A stretch of 64,000 nucleotides of DNA from Waterburya sp. (GTDB taxonomy: Bacteria > Cyanobacteriota > Cyanobacteriia > Cyanobacteriales > Xenococcaceae), in assembly GCA_965217895.1 (NCBI GenBank), contig CBDCJV010000002.1, positions 3,520,001 through 3,584,000 of the forward strand, read 5' to 3'. Under the pieces are notes generated by a model. The model did not search any database. It was not told where the DNA came from and saw only the letters and a program-made list of their open reading frames with translations. The position numbers were made by a program, and so were the translations under genes. Below are positions 27,249 to 36,124 of this stretch, piece after piece (the stretch's first letter is position 1; the number at the start of each line of letters is the position of its first letter).

Positions 27249-28745
27249 TTAACTTCGATACATTTGCGCTTTCTCTTCTGAACGTACGCGTCTTGCAGCT
27301 TTATTTCCTCCTGTCAGATTAGAGACGATAATAAATGCAGCCAATCCTACCAAAGGACTAATCAGAGTGGGAAAACCGTCAAAATCTGCTGTGAAAATAC
27401 CGTTAGGAATATATAACAGCGTGTTGTCGATACCGAAGGTAACAGGCATTAATACAAAGAAAATTAATCGCGTTAGCGAACCAAGAATAATACAGGATAG
27501 CGCACCTTGCCAAGTCCCTTTATTCCAATAAATACCACCAGCTAGAGGTACTAAAAGACCTGCAAAACCTAAGTCGAAAGCGAGTAATAGCAAAACTCCA
27601 GTTTGGGGTATTTTTAAAGCAAAAAAGACTCCTAACGCCGTAATTAAAAAAGCCATAATGCGGGTAATTAATAACAATCTGTCTCCTGCTGCATTATGGT
27701 CATCAGAACGAATACCGATTATGTTGTGGGCGATGACGGAAGAAGTACCTAGAATTGCCCCGTCGGCAGTAGAAAGAGAAGCAGAAAGGATTGCCATAAT
27801 AACTATCAATCCCAGTAAGGGAGGTACCACACCATCAATTAGGGCATAAAGGATGGGACCATCAGGAGTAATCCCCGCATCGGCGAGAATTTGGGGTGCA
27901 GAAAGAGCAATTAAAGAAAAAGGGATACCAATAATCAAAGTACCAGCACAGCCAATTAAACAGGCTCTTTGGGCGGTTTCAGGGCTTTTGGCTGCAAATA
28001 TACGCGCCATAAAGTCAATCGCGACAATATCTCCTAATCCTAATGCAAGTAAAGTTGCCCAGTTAACTACTGCACCAGCACCAGGATCGCTTAGTTGTGC
28101 AAAAGCCAATGGACCAGTATCGGCAGGCACATCTAAGCCAAAGTTTACAGCGATAAAAGCCAGTAAGCTTAATGAACCGATAAGAGCGATCGCCACTTGA
28201 ATCGCATCAGTATATGCCACGGCAAATAATCCACCGCTAGCAGTATAGATAAAGACCACAATTGCCAACAGCATCACTCCAGCTATATAGCTTGTGCCTA
28301 AAAAAGCTTGAAATAAATATCCTCCTGCCACCAAATTACCAGCTAGCAAAAAGGAAAAACTCAACACCATTAAACATGATGCCACTACTTCGGTTGAGCG
28401 ATTATATTTAACCCGATAAAAGTCTGGCAGAGTGATTAAACCCATACGGTTCATCGGTTTAGCAAAAAACATAGCGGTCAAAAATAAGCACAGTGCTAAC
28501 CCAATTGGTAAAGATGCCCCAGCCCAAAAACCAAACTCGGCTGCTAAATCTGTATTGCCCAAGGTAGCGTTAGAGTCTACTGACTGTGCCATCAAAGTCG
28601 CTGCTGCTAAAGGTAAAACTAGCCCTCGTCCTGCAACCAGATAGTTTTCGCTGTCTCCCTTTACTTGTTTGGCTGCCCATATTCCAATCGCTAGAGTAGC
28701 AACTAAAAATAAAATAATTCCCCAGAAGAGCAATTTTGTTGTCAT
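27249..28745 (-). CDS. Sodium:solute symporter (SSS family); candidate guanidine importer
   Basis: YLVAGR, GGLFAVAYTDAIQ, SASLSTADG; many TMs; last gene of the riboswitch-controlled operon. Confidence 0.85.
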   Translation of the reverse strand: MTTKLLFWGIILFLVATLAIGIWAAKQVKGDSENYLVAGRGLVLPLAAATLMAQSVDSNATLGNTDLAAEFGFWAGASLPIGLALCLFLTAMFFAKPMNRMGLITLPDFYRVKYNRSTEVVASCLMVLSFSFLLAGNLVAGGYLFQAFLGTSYIAGVMLLAIVVFIYTASGGLFAVAYTDAIQVAIALIGSLSLLAFIAVNFGLDVPADTGPLAFAQLSDPGAGAVVNWATLLALGLGDIVAIDFMARIFAAKSPETAQRACLIGCAGTLIIGIPFSLIALSAPQILADAGITPDGPILYALIDGVVPPLLGLIVIMAILSASLSTADGAILGTSSVIAHNIIGIRSDDHNAAGDRLLLITRIMAFLITALGVFFALKIPQTGVLLLLAFDLGFAGLLVPLAGGIYWNKGTWQGALSCIILGSLTRLIFFVLMPVTFGIDNTLLYIPNGIFTADFDGFPTLISPLVGLAAFIIVSNLTGGNKAARRVRSEEKAQMYRS

Positions 28746-28788
28746 AATTTAATCCTGGTCAATTTTGACCGTAATGTATTTGATATTT

Positions 28789-28816
28789 GTTGGGGCGAAT
28801 GGCAGTTCACCCCAAC
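28789..28816. repeat. Degenerate REP
   Basis: GTTGGGGCGAATGGCAGTTCACCCCAAC. Confidence 0.7.
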
Positions 28817-28820
28817 TTTT

Positions 28821-29522
28821 TTAAACGTGCGTTGTTAACTGTTTGGCTTGGTTTTGAGATAGGCGATCGCTAATCCAGTCAAACCACTGTTGTAAACCTT
28901 CGCCTGTTTTCCCTGAAAGATAAATAATAGTTACGTGGGGGTTCATCTGCCGTACATTGTCAGCAATGCGATCGCAATCTATATCTAAATAGGGTGCTAA
29001 ATCGGTTTTGGTAATTAGCAGGCAATCTGCTTGCTGGAACATCACGGGATACTTTAAGGGCTTGTCTTCTCCTTCGGTGATGCTAAGTAAAGCAACCTTG
29101 GCGTGTTCGCCTACTTCAAATTCTGCCGGACAAACCAAGTTACCCACGTTTTCTACCAAAACTAAATCGAAATCGCTGGGATTGTATTGATGTTGAAGAG
29201 TGTGAATGCCTCCCGCGACCATCTTGGAATCTAAATGGCAAGAACGCCCCGTATTAATCGGAATTACAGGAACATCATATTTACGAAGGCGATCGGCATC
29301 TAGTTCGGTGGTCATATCTCCTTCAATGACTACGAGCTTAAATTTAGCTTTTAATGCAGCTAAAGTTTGTTCGAGAAGAACAGTTTTTCCTGCCCCAGGA
29401 CTGCTCATAATATTGAGACAGGTAATACCCCAGCGATCGAAGTGTTCTCGGTTATGGTCTGCCCCTTCTTGGTTAGCGTGAAGTAGATTTAGTTCTAGTG
29501 CAGCGTCAAATGTTTGGTGCAT
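28821..29522 (-). CDS. hypB: HypB-type Ni-insertion GTPase (guanidine hydrolase accessory)
   Basis: [32 protein letters not shown]. Confidence 0.92.
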   Translation of the reverse strand: MHQTFDAALELNLLHANQEGADHNREHFDRWGITCLNIMSSPGAGKTVLLEQTLAALKAKFKLVVIEGDMTTELDADRLRKYDVPVIPINTGRSCHLDSKMVAGGIHTLQHQYNPSDFDLVLVENVGNLVCPAEFEVGEHAKVALLSITEGEDKPLKYPVMFQQADCLLITKTDLAPYLDIDCDRIADNVRQMNPHVTIIYLSGKTGEGLQQWFDWISDRLSQNQAKQLTTHV

Positions 29523-29622
29523 TTTTTCAATTATCAATAAACAATTATCAATGAACAGTAGGCGCGAACGGTGAGGTAGTTGAGGTGGGTCATTTGCCCT
29601 GTATTGTTTAGCAGTTTAGGTT

Positions 29623-29721
29623 GTAGAGGCGTGTCTTGGTCAGCATACATGCGGGAAGTACCCCTTTGTCTTGCGTCTTACGCCGACGCGGAGTCTGACC
29701 GCTTTTGCGAAACGCCCTTAC
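29623..29721. repeat. REP-derived composite repeat overlapping the hypA 3' end
   Basis: GTAGAGGC...GCGTCTTACGCCGACGC...GCGAAACGCCCTTAC; homologous to 35555-35735. Confidence 0.75.
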
Positions 29722-30094
29722 AATAATCGCCCTGACAATCATTTGTAGAAGAATATTCAATGCGGTCAATTTTCAATTCTCGACCAGAGCGAATATCTTC
29801 CATAGGTGCATTACAGTCAGGACAGCTATATTGCAGTCCAATTTCGGGTGTATACTCTTGTTGACAGGTGTGACAAAAAGCAATTAAAGGAATATCACGG
29901 ATGGCTAGTTCGACTCCTTCTAAAAAGGTATTGCGAGTTTGAACTTCAAAGGCAAACTGCAAACTAACTGGTTCGACACAGGTAAACTTGCCAACTACTA
30001 AATGAATTTTGTCTATTTTTGGCTGTTCTGGTTGGGAGTGATACCAATCTTTAACCGACAAGATTAAAGCCTTGGTCATATCAGTTTCGTGCAT
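29678..30094 (-). CDS. hypA: HypA-type Ni metallochaperone
   Basis: MHE start, CHTC/CPDC, GRELKI. Confidence 0.92.
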   Translation of the reverse strand: MHETDMTKALILSVKDWYHSQPEQPKIDKIHLVVGKFTCVEPVSLQFAFEVQTRNTFLEGVELAIRDIPLIAFCHTCQQEYTPEIGLQYSCPDCNAPMEDIRSGRELKIDRIEYSSTNDCQGDYCKGVSQKRSDSASA

Positions 30095-30105
30095 AGTTTT
30101 ACTTA

Positions 30106-30870
30106 TTAGTAAGAGGACAAATAAACGCTGGTTTGATATTGCAGGTAAACTAAACCCCATTTATCGCTATATTTTTGGTGTAAATTAGTTAAATTATTAA
30201 CCAGTTGTTGATGTATTTCTCCTCTTTTAGGTATATATGAAGCACTAAGGGCTAACCCAATTAATTGTTCTTTAGTCATAGCTTGCTGATAGGGAAAACT
30301 ATAGCGAACCAGATTGGTAAACCAAGAATTAATTAGCTCAGAACTATATTCATCGAGACGAGAGTGAATGGCACTATTACCAGATGCTTGAGTAATAATC
30401 TTTCCATGTTGACGAGTAAATTCGTCTTTTCCATTGATGTCGCGGTCATTCCAAGCTAGAGCAATTTTGCCCTGAGATTTAAGAATACGAGCAAATTCGG
30501 CTAATGTTGGTTTGGGATTAAACCAGTGAAAAGCTTGAAAACAAGTAACCAAATCGACTGAATTGTCATTTAATTTAGTACTTTCAGCACTGCCATCTTT
30601 AAACTCCACTAATAGATGAGATGTTGCTGCTTCTCTCATAGCTGCATTAGGCTCGATCGCAATTACTTTAACTCCCCTATCGGCTAACAAACAGGAAGAG
30701 ATAGCAGTCCCCGCACCAATATCGGCAGCTATTAACCCATTTGGTGCGCCCAATCCCTCCAAAATACAGTCAATAGCTTCTGGTGGATAACTAGGACGGT
30801 ATTTAGCATAATCCACAGCGCGATCGCTAAATCGCTCTTGAGGATTCATTTGATACAGATTGTCAGACAT
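30106..30870 (-). CDS. Class I SAM-dependent methyltransferase
   Basis: YRPSYP, DIGAGT, QAFHWF. Confidence 0.88.
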   Translation of the reverse strand: MSDNLYQMNPQERFSDRAVDYAKYRPSYPPEAIDCILEGLGAPNGLIAADIGAGTAISSCLLADRGVKVIAIEPNAAMREAATSHLLVEFKDGSAESTKLNDNSVDLVTCFQAFHWFNPKPTLAEFARILKSQGKIALAWNDRDINGKDEFTRQHGKIITQASGNSAIHSRLDEYSSELINSWFTNLVRYSFPYQQAMTKEQLIGLALSASYIPKRGEIHQQLVNNLTNLHQKYSDKWGLVYLQYQTSVYLSSY

Positions 30871-30889
30871 TTATCTCATCCTTATTACT

Positions 30890-32083
30890 TTACTGCCAAG
30901 GTTCATCAACTACTTGAGCTTCATCGTGAATATAAGCGGGCTTTTCTGTACGAGGTAACTGTCCCGATATAATTAAATGTGCCATCGTGTCGCAAATGAC
31001 GCGGGTTGCCATTAATGCCGTCATATCGCTTACGTCATAGGGTGGAGAAACTTCAACCACTTCTATCCCACAAACAGTAGTGTTTTGAACAATTCTTTTG
31101 AGTAAATGCAAAACTTCGCGGGGTAATAAACCACCAGGTTCGGGCCAACCAGTACCAGGGACAAAACCAGCATCAATACAGTCAATATCAAAGCTAATCC
31201 AAACGCAATCGGTGCCGTCTGTAGCTTTGGCTATGGCAAAATCGGCTGCTGCATCTAAGCCCATCTCCACAATGTCGGTGACGGTTAAGATGTTAGTCGC
31301 TCTTTCCCGACATACTTTCACTCCTGGGCGAGGTACTTGCCAGCCACCGATGCCCATTTGAACTAAGTTTTTGGCAGGAGCATTTGCTATATTGGTAGCG
31401 TGAAACCAAGGGCAGGTGTGCATTCTTTCATCTAAATCGGTTTCTTGGGTATCGGCATGGCGATCAAAGTGAATAATACCAACTTTCTTATCTCCTAGAT
31501 GACGACAAACAGCCCTAACCGTCGGAAAACCAATGGAATGATCTCCACCTAAGATAATTGGAAATGCCCCCGAACTAAATACATGAGCGACACCTTTGGA
31601 AATCTGATCGAAAGACTTTTCATTATTAGCAGGAATAGTAAATATATCTCCTACATCGCAGAGGGTAATTTGTTCGCGTAAATCTACTCCCAACTCAAAG
31701 TTATATGGCGTATATAAAGCAGAAATTTTGCGAATACCTTGAGGGCCAAACCTCGTGCCAGGGCGGTAGGTAGTCCCAGAATCATGAGGCACACCAATAA
31801 TTGCTACATCGTAATTGCCTACTTGATTTACGTTTTCCAAATAGGGAGCTTTCATGAAAGTATTAATTCCTGCATAGTGGGGCAATTCTCCCCGCGAAAA
31901 AGTAGAAATAGTTCGGTCATTTATACTTTCTGCTGCTTCTAAACCATATTCTAAGCCTTGATCTACTTCTTGTTGCCAACCTGTAAGAGGTAGCTGACGT
32001 TCTTTAGCTAAAGCTTTTTGCGCTTCACTGCTGTATTCATTTTCATTGTTATTTGGTGGTTGAAATGGGGGTTGTCCGCTCAT
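30890..32083 (-). CDS. gdmH: Ni-dependent guanidine hydrolase (ureohydrolase family, Sll1077/GdmH-like)
   Basis: GGDHS, DRHAD, SFDIDCIDAGFVPGTGWPEPGG; N-terminal extension; adjacent to hypA/hypB and the riboswitch. Confidence 0.88.
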   Translation of the reverse strand: MSGQPPFQPPNNNENEYSSEAQKALAKERQLPLTGWQQEVDQGLEYGLEAAESINDRTISTFSRGELPHYAGINTFMKAPYLENVNQVGNYDVAIIGVPHDSGTTYRPGTRFGPQGIRKISALYTPYNFELGVDLREQITLCDVGDIFTIPANNEKSFDQISKGVAHVFSSGAFPIILGGDHSIGFPTVRAVCRHLGDKKVGIIHFDRHADTQETDLDERMHTCPWFHATNIANAPAKNLVQMGIGGWQVPRPGVKVCRERATNILTVTDIVEMGLDAAADFAIAKATDGTDCVWISFDIDCIDAGFVPGTGWPEPGGLLPREVLHLLKRIVQNTTVCGIEVVEVSPPYDVSDMTALMATRVICDTMAHLIISGQLPRTEKPAYIHDEAQVVDEPWQ

Positions 32084-32114
32084 TAAATTATTCCTCTACG
32101 ATTTATTTCAAATG

Positions 32115-32290
32115 CAAAAAGCCCAGAAAGATCGAAGCTGTGTTTCAAGCATCGAATCCTCCCGGGCTTTTTTCCCGCCGTGGAGCTACCTAGCAGTAAA
32201 ATCTACTAAAATCATTAACTTTGTAGGTAGCTTGCTTCTCTTGGACCAGCCATTTATTAGTTTGCCTTAAATCGGAACCCTAGAAGCTAT
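32115..32290 (-). ncRNA. Guanidine-I (ykkC) riboswitch with terminator
   Basis: CUAGGGUUCCG...GCUGGUCCAAGAG...CACGGCGGGAAAAAAGCCCGGGAG, then UCUUUCUGGGCUUUUU. Confidence 0.92.
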
Positions 32291-32310
32291 CTGAAATTTT
32301 TCTTATACTC

Positions 32311-32352
32311 AAGATACTTACTTGCTGTATTCAAAAATGTATAAGTTGTTAC
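32311..32352 (-). promoter_or_regulatory. Canonical NtcA-activated promoter
   Basis: GTAACAACTTATAC (32352-32339), exactly 22 nt, then TATCTT -10 (32316-32311). Confidence 0.8.
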
Positions 32353-32489
32353 CGTAGTTCCATCTAAATGTTATGGTTTACTAACTAAAATTAAGCTGGA
32401 AAAAATCATGTATGGAGAGTAGACTCTTGAGGATATACGTATAACCTAGAAATTCAATAACAGCAATTAGCCTCATTTCTTAAATATTT

Positions 32490-33464
32490 ATGGTCAAAGT
32501 TAGTGTAATTATTCCTGCTTACAATGGCGATCGCTTTATTAGTGAGGCTATAGATGGTATTTTGGCTCAAACCTATACAGACTATGAAATTATAGTAGTA
32601 GATGATGGCTCGACGGATAACACCCATCAAGTTGTTAAACAATATGGTGATCAGATTCAATATCTCAGCCAAGTCAATCAAGGAGTGGCTGCTAGCCGTA
32701 ATCTGGGCTTGAAAGTATCTCAAGGGGAATATATTGCTTTTTTGGATCAGGATGATATTTTTCTGCCTCACAAGCTGGCTTCTCAAGTAGCTTTACTAGA
32801 GCAAAATTCCTCTTTGGGTATGGTTAATAGCGGTTGGCAAATCGTTAATGAGCAAGGCGAAGTTGAGGCTGCGGTGCAGCCCTGGCAACAAATCCCCAAT
32901 CTCGATTTTGCTGATTTAATTATCTGGAAACCTGTGTTTTTGGGGGCAATGTTGTTTCGTGCTGACTGGCTAAAGCGATCGCTAGGCTTTGATACCAGCT
33001 TGGAACAAACCCCAGATGTAGATTTGGTATTACGCTTGGCTGCTATGGGTTGTACGGCTGCCTGGGTAGAACAAACGACTGTAAAATATCGCCAGCATGA
33101 AGCGAATGCCTCTAACAATACCCTGCTACAGGCTCAAGAATTAGATCAGATTGTCACCAGATTTTTTGCTCAATCGAATTTACCTCCAAAAGTTAAAGCC
33201 TTAGAGGCGAAATCCCGTTGCCAAACTCTAATCTGGAGTGCTTGGCGATTATATCAAACAGGACATTTGACCAAAATGAATTACTATCTTTATCAGTCTT
33301 GGTTTTACAGTCCAAAATATCCGACAAAAATTATTTTTAATTGGCTCGAATCTTTTAAAAACTATTCGGCTGAATATGGCAAAGAGTTTGATGTTCTTTC
33401 TCTTACTTCATCCCTTGAGTGGCAACATCTGATGCAAAAATGTATTTTTTTTAGTGCAGTTTGA
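32490..33464 (+). CDS. GT2 glycosyltransferase
   Basis: VSVIIPAYN, VVDDGSTD, FLDQDD. Confidence 0.9.
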   Translation: MVKVSVIIPAYNGDRFISEAIDGILAQTYTDYEIIVVDDGSTDNTHQVVKQYGDQIQYLSQVNQGVAASRNLGLKVSQGEYIAFLDQDDIFLPHKLASQVALLEQNSSLGMVNSGWQIVNEQGEVEAAVQPWQQIPNLDFADLIIWKPVFLGAMLFRADWLKRSLGFDTSLEQTPDVDLVLRLAAMGCTAAWVEQTTVKYRQHEANASNNTLLQAQELDQIVTRFFAQSNLPPKVKALEAKSRCQTLIWSAWRLYQTGHLTKMNYYLYQSWFYSPKYPTKIIFNWLESFKNYSAEYGKEFDVLSLTSSLEWQHLMQKCIFFSAV

Positions 33465-33592
33465 AGATTATGCCCACAGTAAATATGACTATAAATAGGC
33501 AACAGTGGCTGGACAATTCCGTAAAATCATGTATAACAGAAGTATGATAATCGTGCCTCTTTTTTATTCGCTACTCTAAAATAGTTAAATCA

Positions 33593-33865
33593 ATGCAAAA
33601 TCAAGAATTGAAAACCAATCACAATTCTTTGTCTTATTACTTATCCCTTCAATATTCTATTAGCGTTTATCCAGAAGAACGAGGTTTTACAGTCATGATT
33701 CCTGACTTGCCTGGATGTATGAGTCAGGGGACAACCTTAGACGAAGCGATTGTTAATATCAAAAAAGCCCAGCAGCTATGGCTAAAGACGGTTTACGCTA
33801 CTGATGCTAATTCAATTCCTCTGCCTTGCCCCACTAGTACTGCTTCGCTTAAGCCTGTGCTTTAG
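33593..33865 (+). CDS. HicB-family protein (no adjacent hicA seen)
   Basis: IPDLPGCMSQGTTLDEA. Confidence 0.8.
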   Translation: MQNQELKTNHNSLSYYLSLQYSISVYPEERGFTVMIPDLPGCMSQGTTLDEAIVNIKKAQQLWLKTVYATDANSIPLPCPTSTASLKPVL

Positions 33866-34082
33866 ACTAAAAAAATCAACGCTAAAAAGTGTTTTTTCTC
33901 TGGCAGGAAGACAGTTTCAGTAAAACGCTCTGATTGATGAAGCGATCGATACACTTGCTACTTTACCTCCACAAGAGTTAGGCAAGACGGTCAAGAGTAA
34001 AGATACCCCCTAGCGAGAATATTGTTTTAAACAACTCGTTTACTGTATCGTGAGTTATTGTCTCAAATTAAATCTTAGATAG

Positions 34083-35537
34083 ATGTACCAAGGAAGTATA
34101 AAAGAGTTACATCAGCAACTAGTCAATAAAGAACGTTCGGCAGTCGAAATTGCCCAGGCAACTTTAAAACAGATTGAAACAGTCGAACCGAAAGTAAAGG
34201 CGTTTCTAACTGTAACCGCCGATCGCGCTTTAGCCACCGCTCAAGAAGTAGATAACAAGATTGCAGCAGGCGAATCTATTGGAATGCTAGAAGGTATTCC
34301 TGTGGGTATTAAAGATAATATGTGTACCAAAGGGATTAAAACTACCTGCGCTTCACAGATTTTGGCTAACTTTGTGCCTCCTTATGAATCTACCGTCACC
34401 CAGAAACTAAAGGATGCAGGTGCGGTACTTATAGGTAAAACAAATCTGGATGAATTCGCTATGGGAGGCTCTACAGAAAACTCTAGTTTTCAGGTGACAG
34501 CCAATCCTTGGGATTTGGAAAGAGTACCTGGAGGTTCTTCTGGAGGATCTGCTGCTGCTGTTGCTGCTGGAGAGTGTGTAGTTTCTCTCGGTTCAGATAC
34601 AGGGGGTTCAATTCGCCAGCCAGCTTCTCTTTGTGGAGTAGTGGGAATGAAGCCAACTTATGGTTTAGTTTCTCGTTTTGGCTTGGTGGCTTTTGGTTCA
34701 TCTTTGGATCAAATTGGACCATTTGCTCGTAATGTAGAAGATGCCGCAATTGTATTGAGAGAAATTGCAGGACATGATCCTCATGATTCTACTAGTCTTA
34801 AAGTAGATATTCCTGACTATACTCAATATCTGCAACCAAAACTCAAAAAAGGCTTGAAAGTAGGCATCATTACTGAAACCTTTGGAGATGGAGTAGATTC
34901 TGTAGTTGCCGAAACAGTAAAAAAAGCGATCGCCCAGTTAGAAGAGTTGGGGGCAGAAGTTAAAGAAATTTCCTGTCCTCGTTTTCGCTATGGTATAGCA
35001 GCATACTATATTATTGCTCCTTCAGAAGCCTCAGCAAATTTAGCTCGTTATGATGCGGTTAAATATGGTTTGCGCCAGGAATCAGATAACCTGCTGGAGA
35101 TGTATACTAACACTCGCGCTGCTGGTTTTGGGGCGGAAGTAAAACGGCGCATAATGATTGGTACTTATGCACTTTCTTCAGGATACTACGACGCTTATTA
35201 TCTCAAAGCACAAAAGGTACGTACCTTAATTAAACAAGATTTTGAGCAGGCATTTGCAGATGTAGATGTTTTGGTTGCACCTACTGCGCCCACCACAGCA
35301 TTTAAAGCAGGAGATAAAACTACAGATCCTCTTAGTATGTATCTTCTAGACTTAATGACCATTCCTGTTAACTTAGCAGGTTTACCAGGCATGAGTATTC
35401 CCTGTGGTTTTGACGAGGCAGGTTTGCCTATTGGTTTACAGTTGATTAGTAATGTCTTGCGAGAAGATGTTCTATTTCATACTGCTTATGCCTACGAACA
35501 AGCAACTCAATGGCATAAAAAGCAACCAAAGATTTAA
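34083..35537 (+). CDS. gatA: Asp/Glu-tRNA amidotransferase subunit A
   Basis: [30 protein letters not shown]. Confidence 0.97.
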   Translation: MYQGSIKELHQQLVNKERSAVEIAQATLKQIETVEPKVKAFLTVTADRALATAQEVDNKIAAGESIGMLEGIPVGIKDNMCTKGIKTTCASQILANFVPPYESTVTQKLKDAGAVLIGKTNLDEFAMGGSTENSSFQVTANPWDLERVPGGSSGGSAAAVAAGECVVSLGSDTGGSIRQPASLCGVVGMKPTYGLVSRFGLVAFGSSLDQIGPFARNVEDAAIVLREIAGHDPHDSTSLKVDIPDYTQYLQPKLKKGLKVGIITETFGDGVDSVVAETVKKAIAQLEELGAEVKEISCPRFRYGIAAYYIIAPSEASANLARYDAVKYGLRQESDNLLEMYTNTRAAGFGAEVKRRIMIGTYALSSGYYDAYYLKAQKVRTLIKQDFEQAFADVDVLVAPTAPTTAFKAGDKTTDPLSMYLLDLMTIPVNLAGLPGMSIPCGFDEAGLPIGLQLISNVLREDVLFHTAYAYEQATQWHKKQPKI

Positions 35538-35554
35538 CAAGGGATGAGGGATAA

Positions 35555-35735
35555 GTAGGGGCTTGTCTTGGTGAGCATTCCCTGGCGGCAAAGTGTGGTC
35601 TTGCGAGACAGTCCGTTGCGGAGGTTCCCTCCGTTGAAGGAACTGTCGAGGGCGGGGGTTTCCTCCATGAGCAACTTTTTCAAGACGCGTCTTACGCCGA
35701 CGCAGGGTCTCACCGCTTTCGCGAAACGCCCCTAC
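35555..35735. repeat. Multiply nested REP/small dispersed repeat
   Basis: GTAGGGGC...CGAAACGCCCCTAC shell containing GGGGTTTCCTCCATGAGC and CAGTCCGTTGCGGAGG...GGAACTG units. Confidence 0.8.
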
Positions 35736-35744
35736 TTGTCATAC

Positions 35745-35948
35745 TTAAATATCGTCGGGCATTACCCACTTAGGGGGTTCTGACATTTTTTTCATTCTAG
35801 CTATCTCTGCCATTTCCAACATTTTGTCTAAAGAAGTCTCTTGAATAAAATTAGAGGCTTCATTTTTATACTCAGTATTCGGACAGCGATCGCCTAATAC
35901 GCAGCCATTAACGCAATCTACAGCGCAATTTACTTGATCGGGGTTCAT
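35745..35948 (-). CDS. Small Cys-rich hypothetical protein
   Basis: NCAVDCVNGCVLGDRCPN...PPKWV. Confidence 0.7.
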   Translation of the reverse strand: MNPDQVNCAVDCVNGCVLGDRCPNTEYKNEASNFIQETSLDKMLEMAEIARMKKMSEPPKWVMPDDI

Positions 35949-36124
35949 GTTATTATTCTAAAATTCGTCTTCAAGTATTTTAGTATTTTCTAACTGCTGT
36001 GTAGTAGACCACAAAGTTATTTTATGCCTACAGCAGCTTTCAATTGGATGGACTACGTTTTTAATTTACTGGTTTTTAGCTGATAGCCACCTCAACAGAC
36101 TAATCGTGTCAATCCGAACTCAGG

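Noticed and set aside
28821..30094. hypA/hypB as a hydrogenase maturation locus
   Set aside because: No hydrogenase genes nearby; the riboswitch and ureohydrolase context indicates Ni delivery to guanidine hydrolase.
34508..34732. Poly-Cys ORF and antisense poly-Gln ORF
   Set aside because: Alternate-frame readings of GCT-rich codons in gatA.
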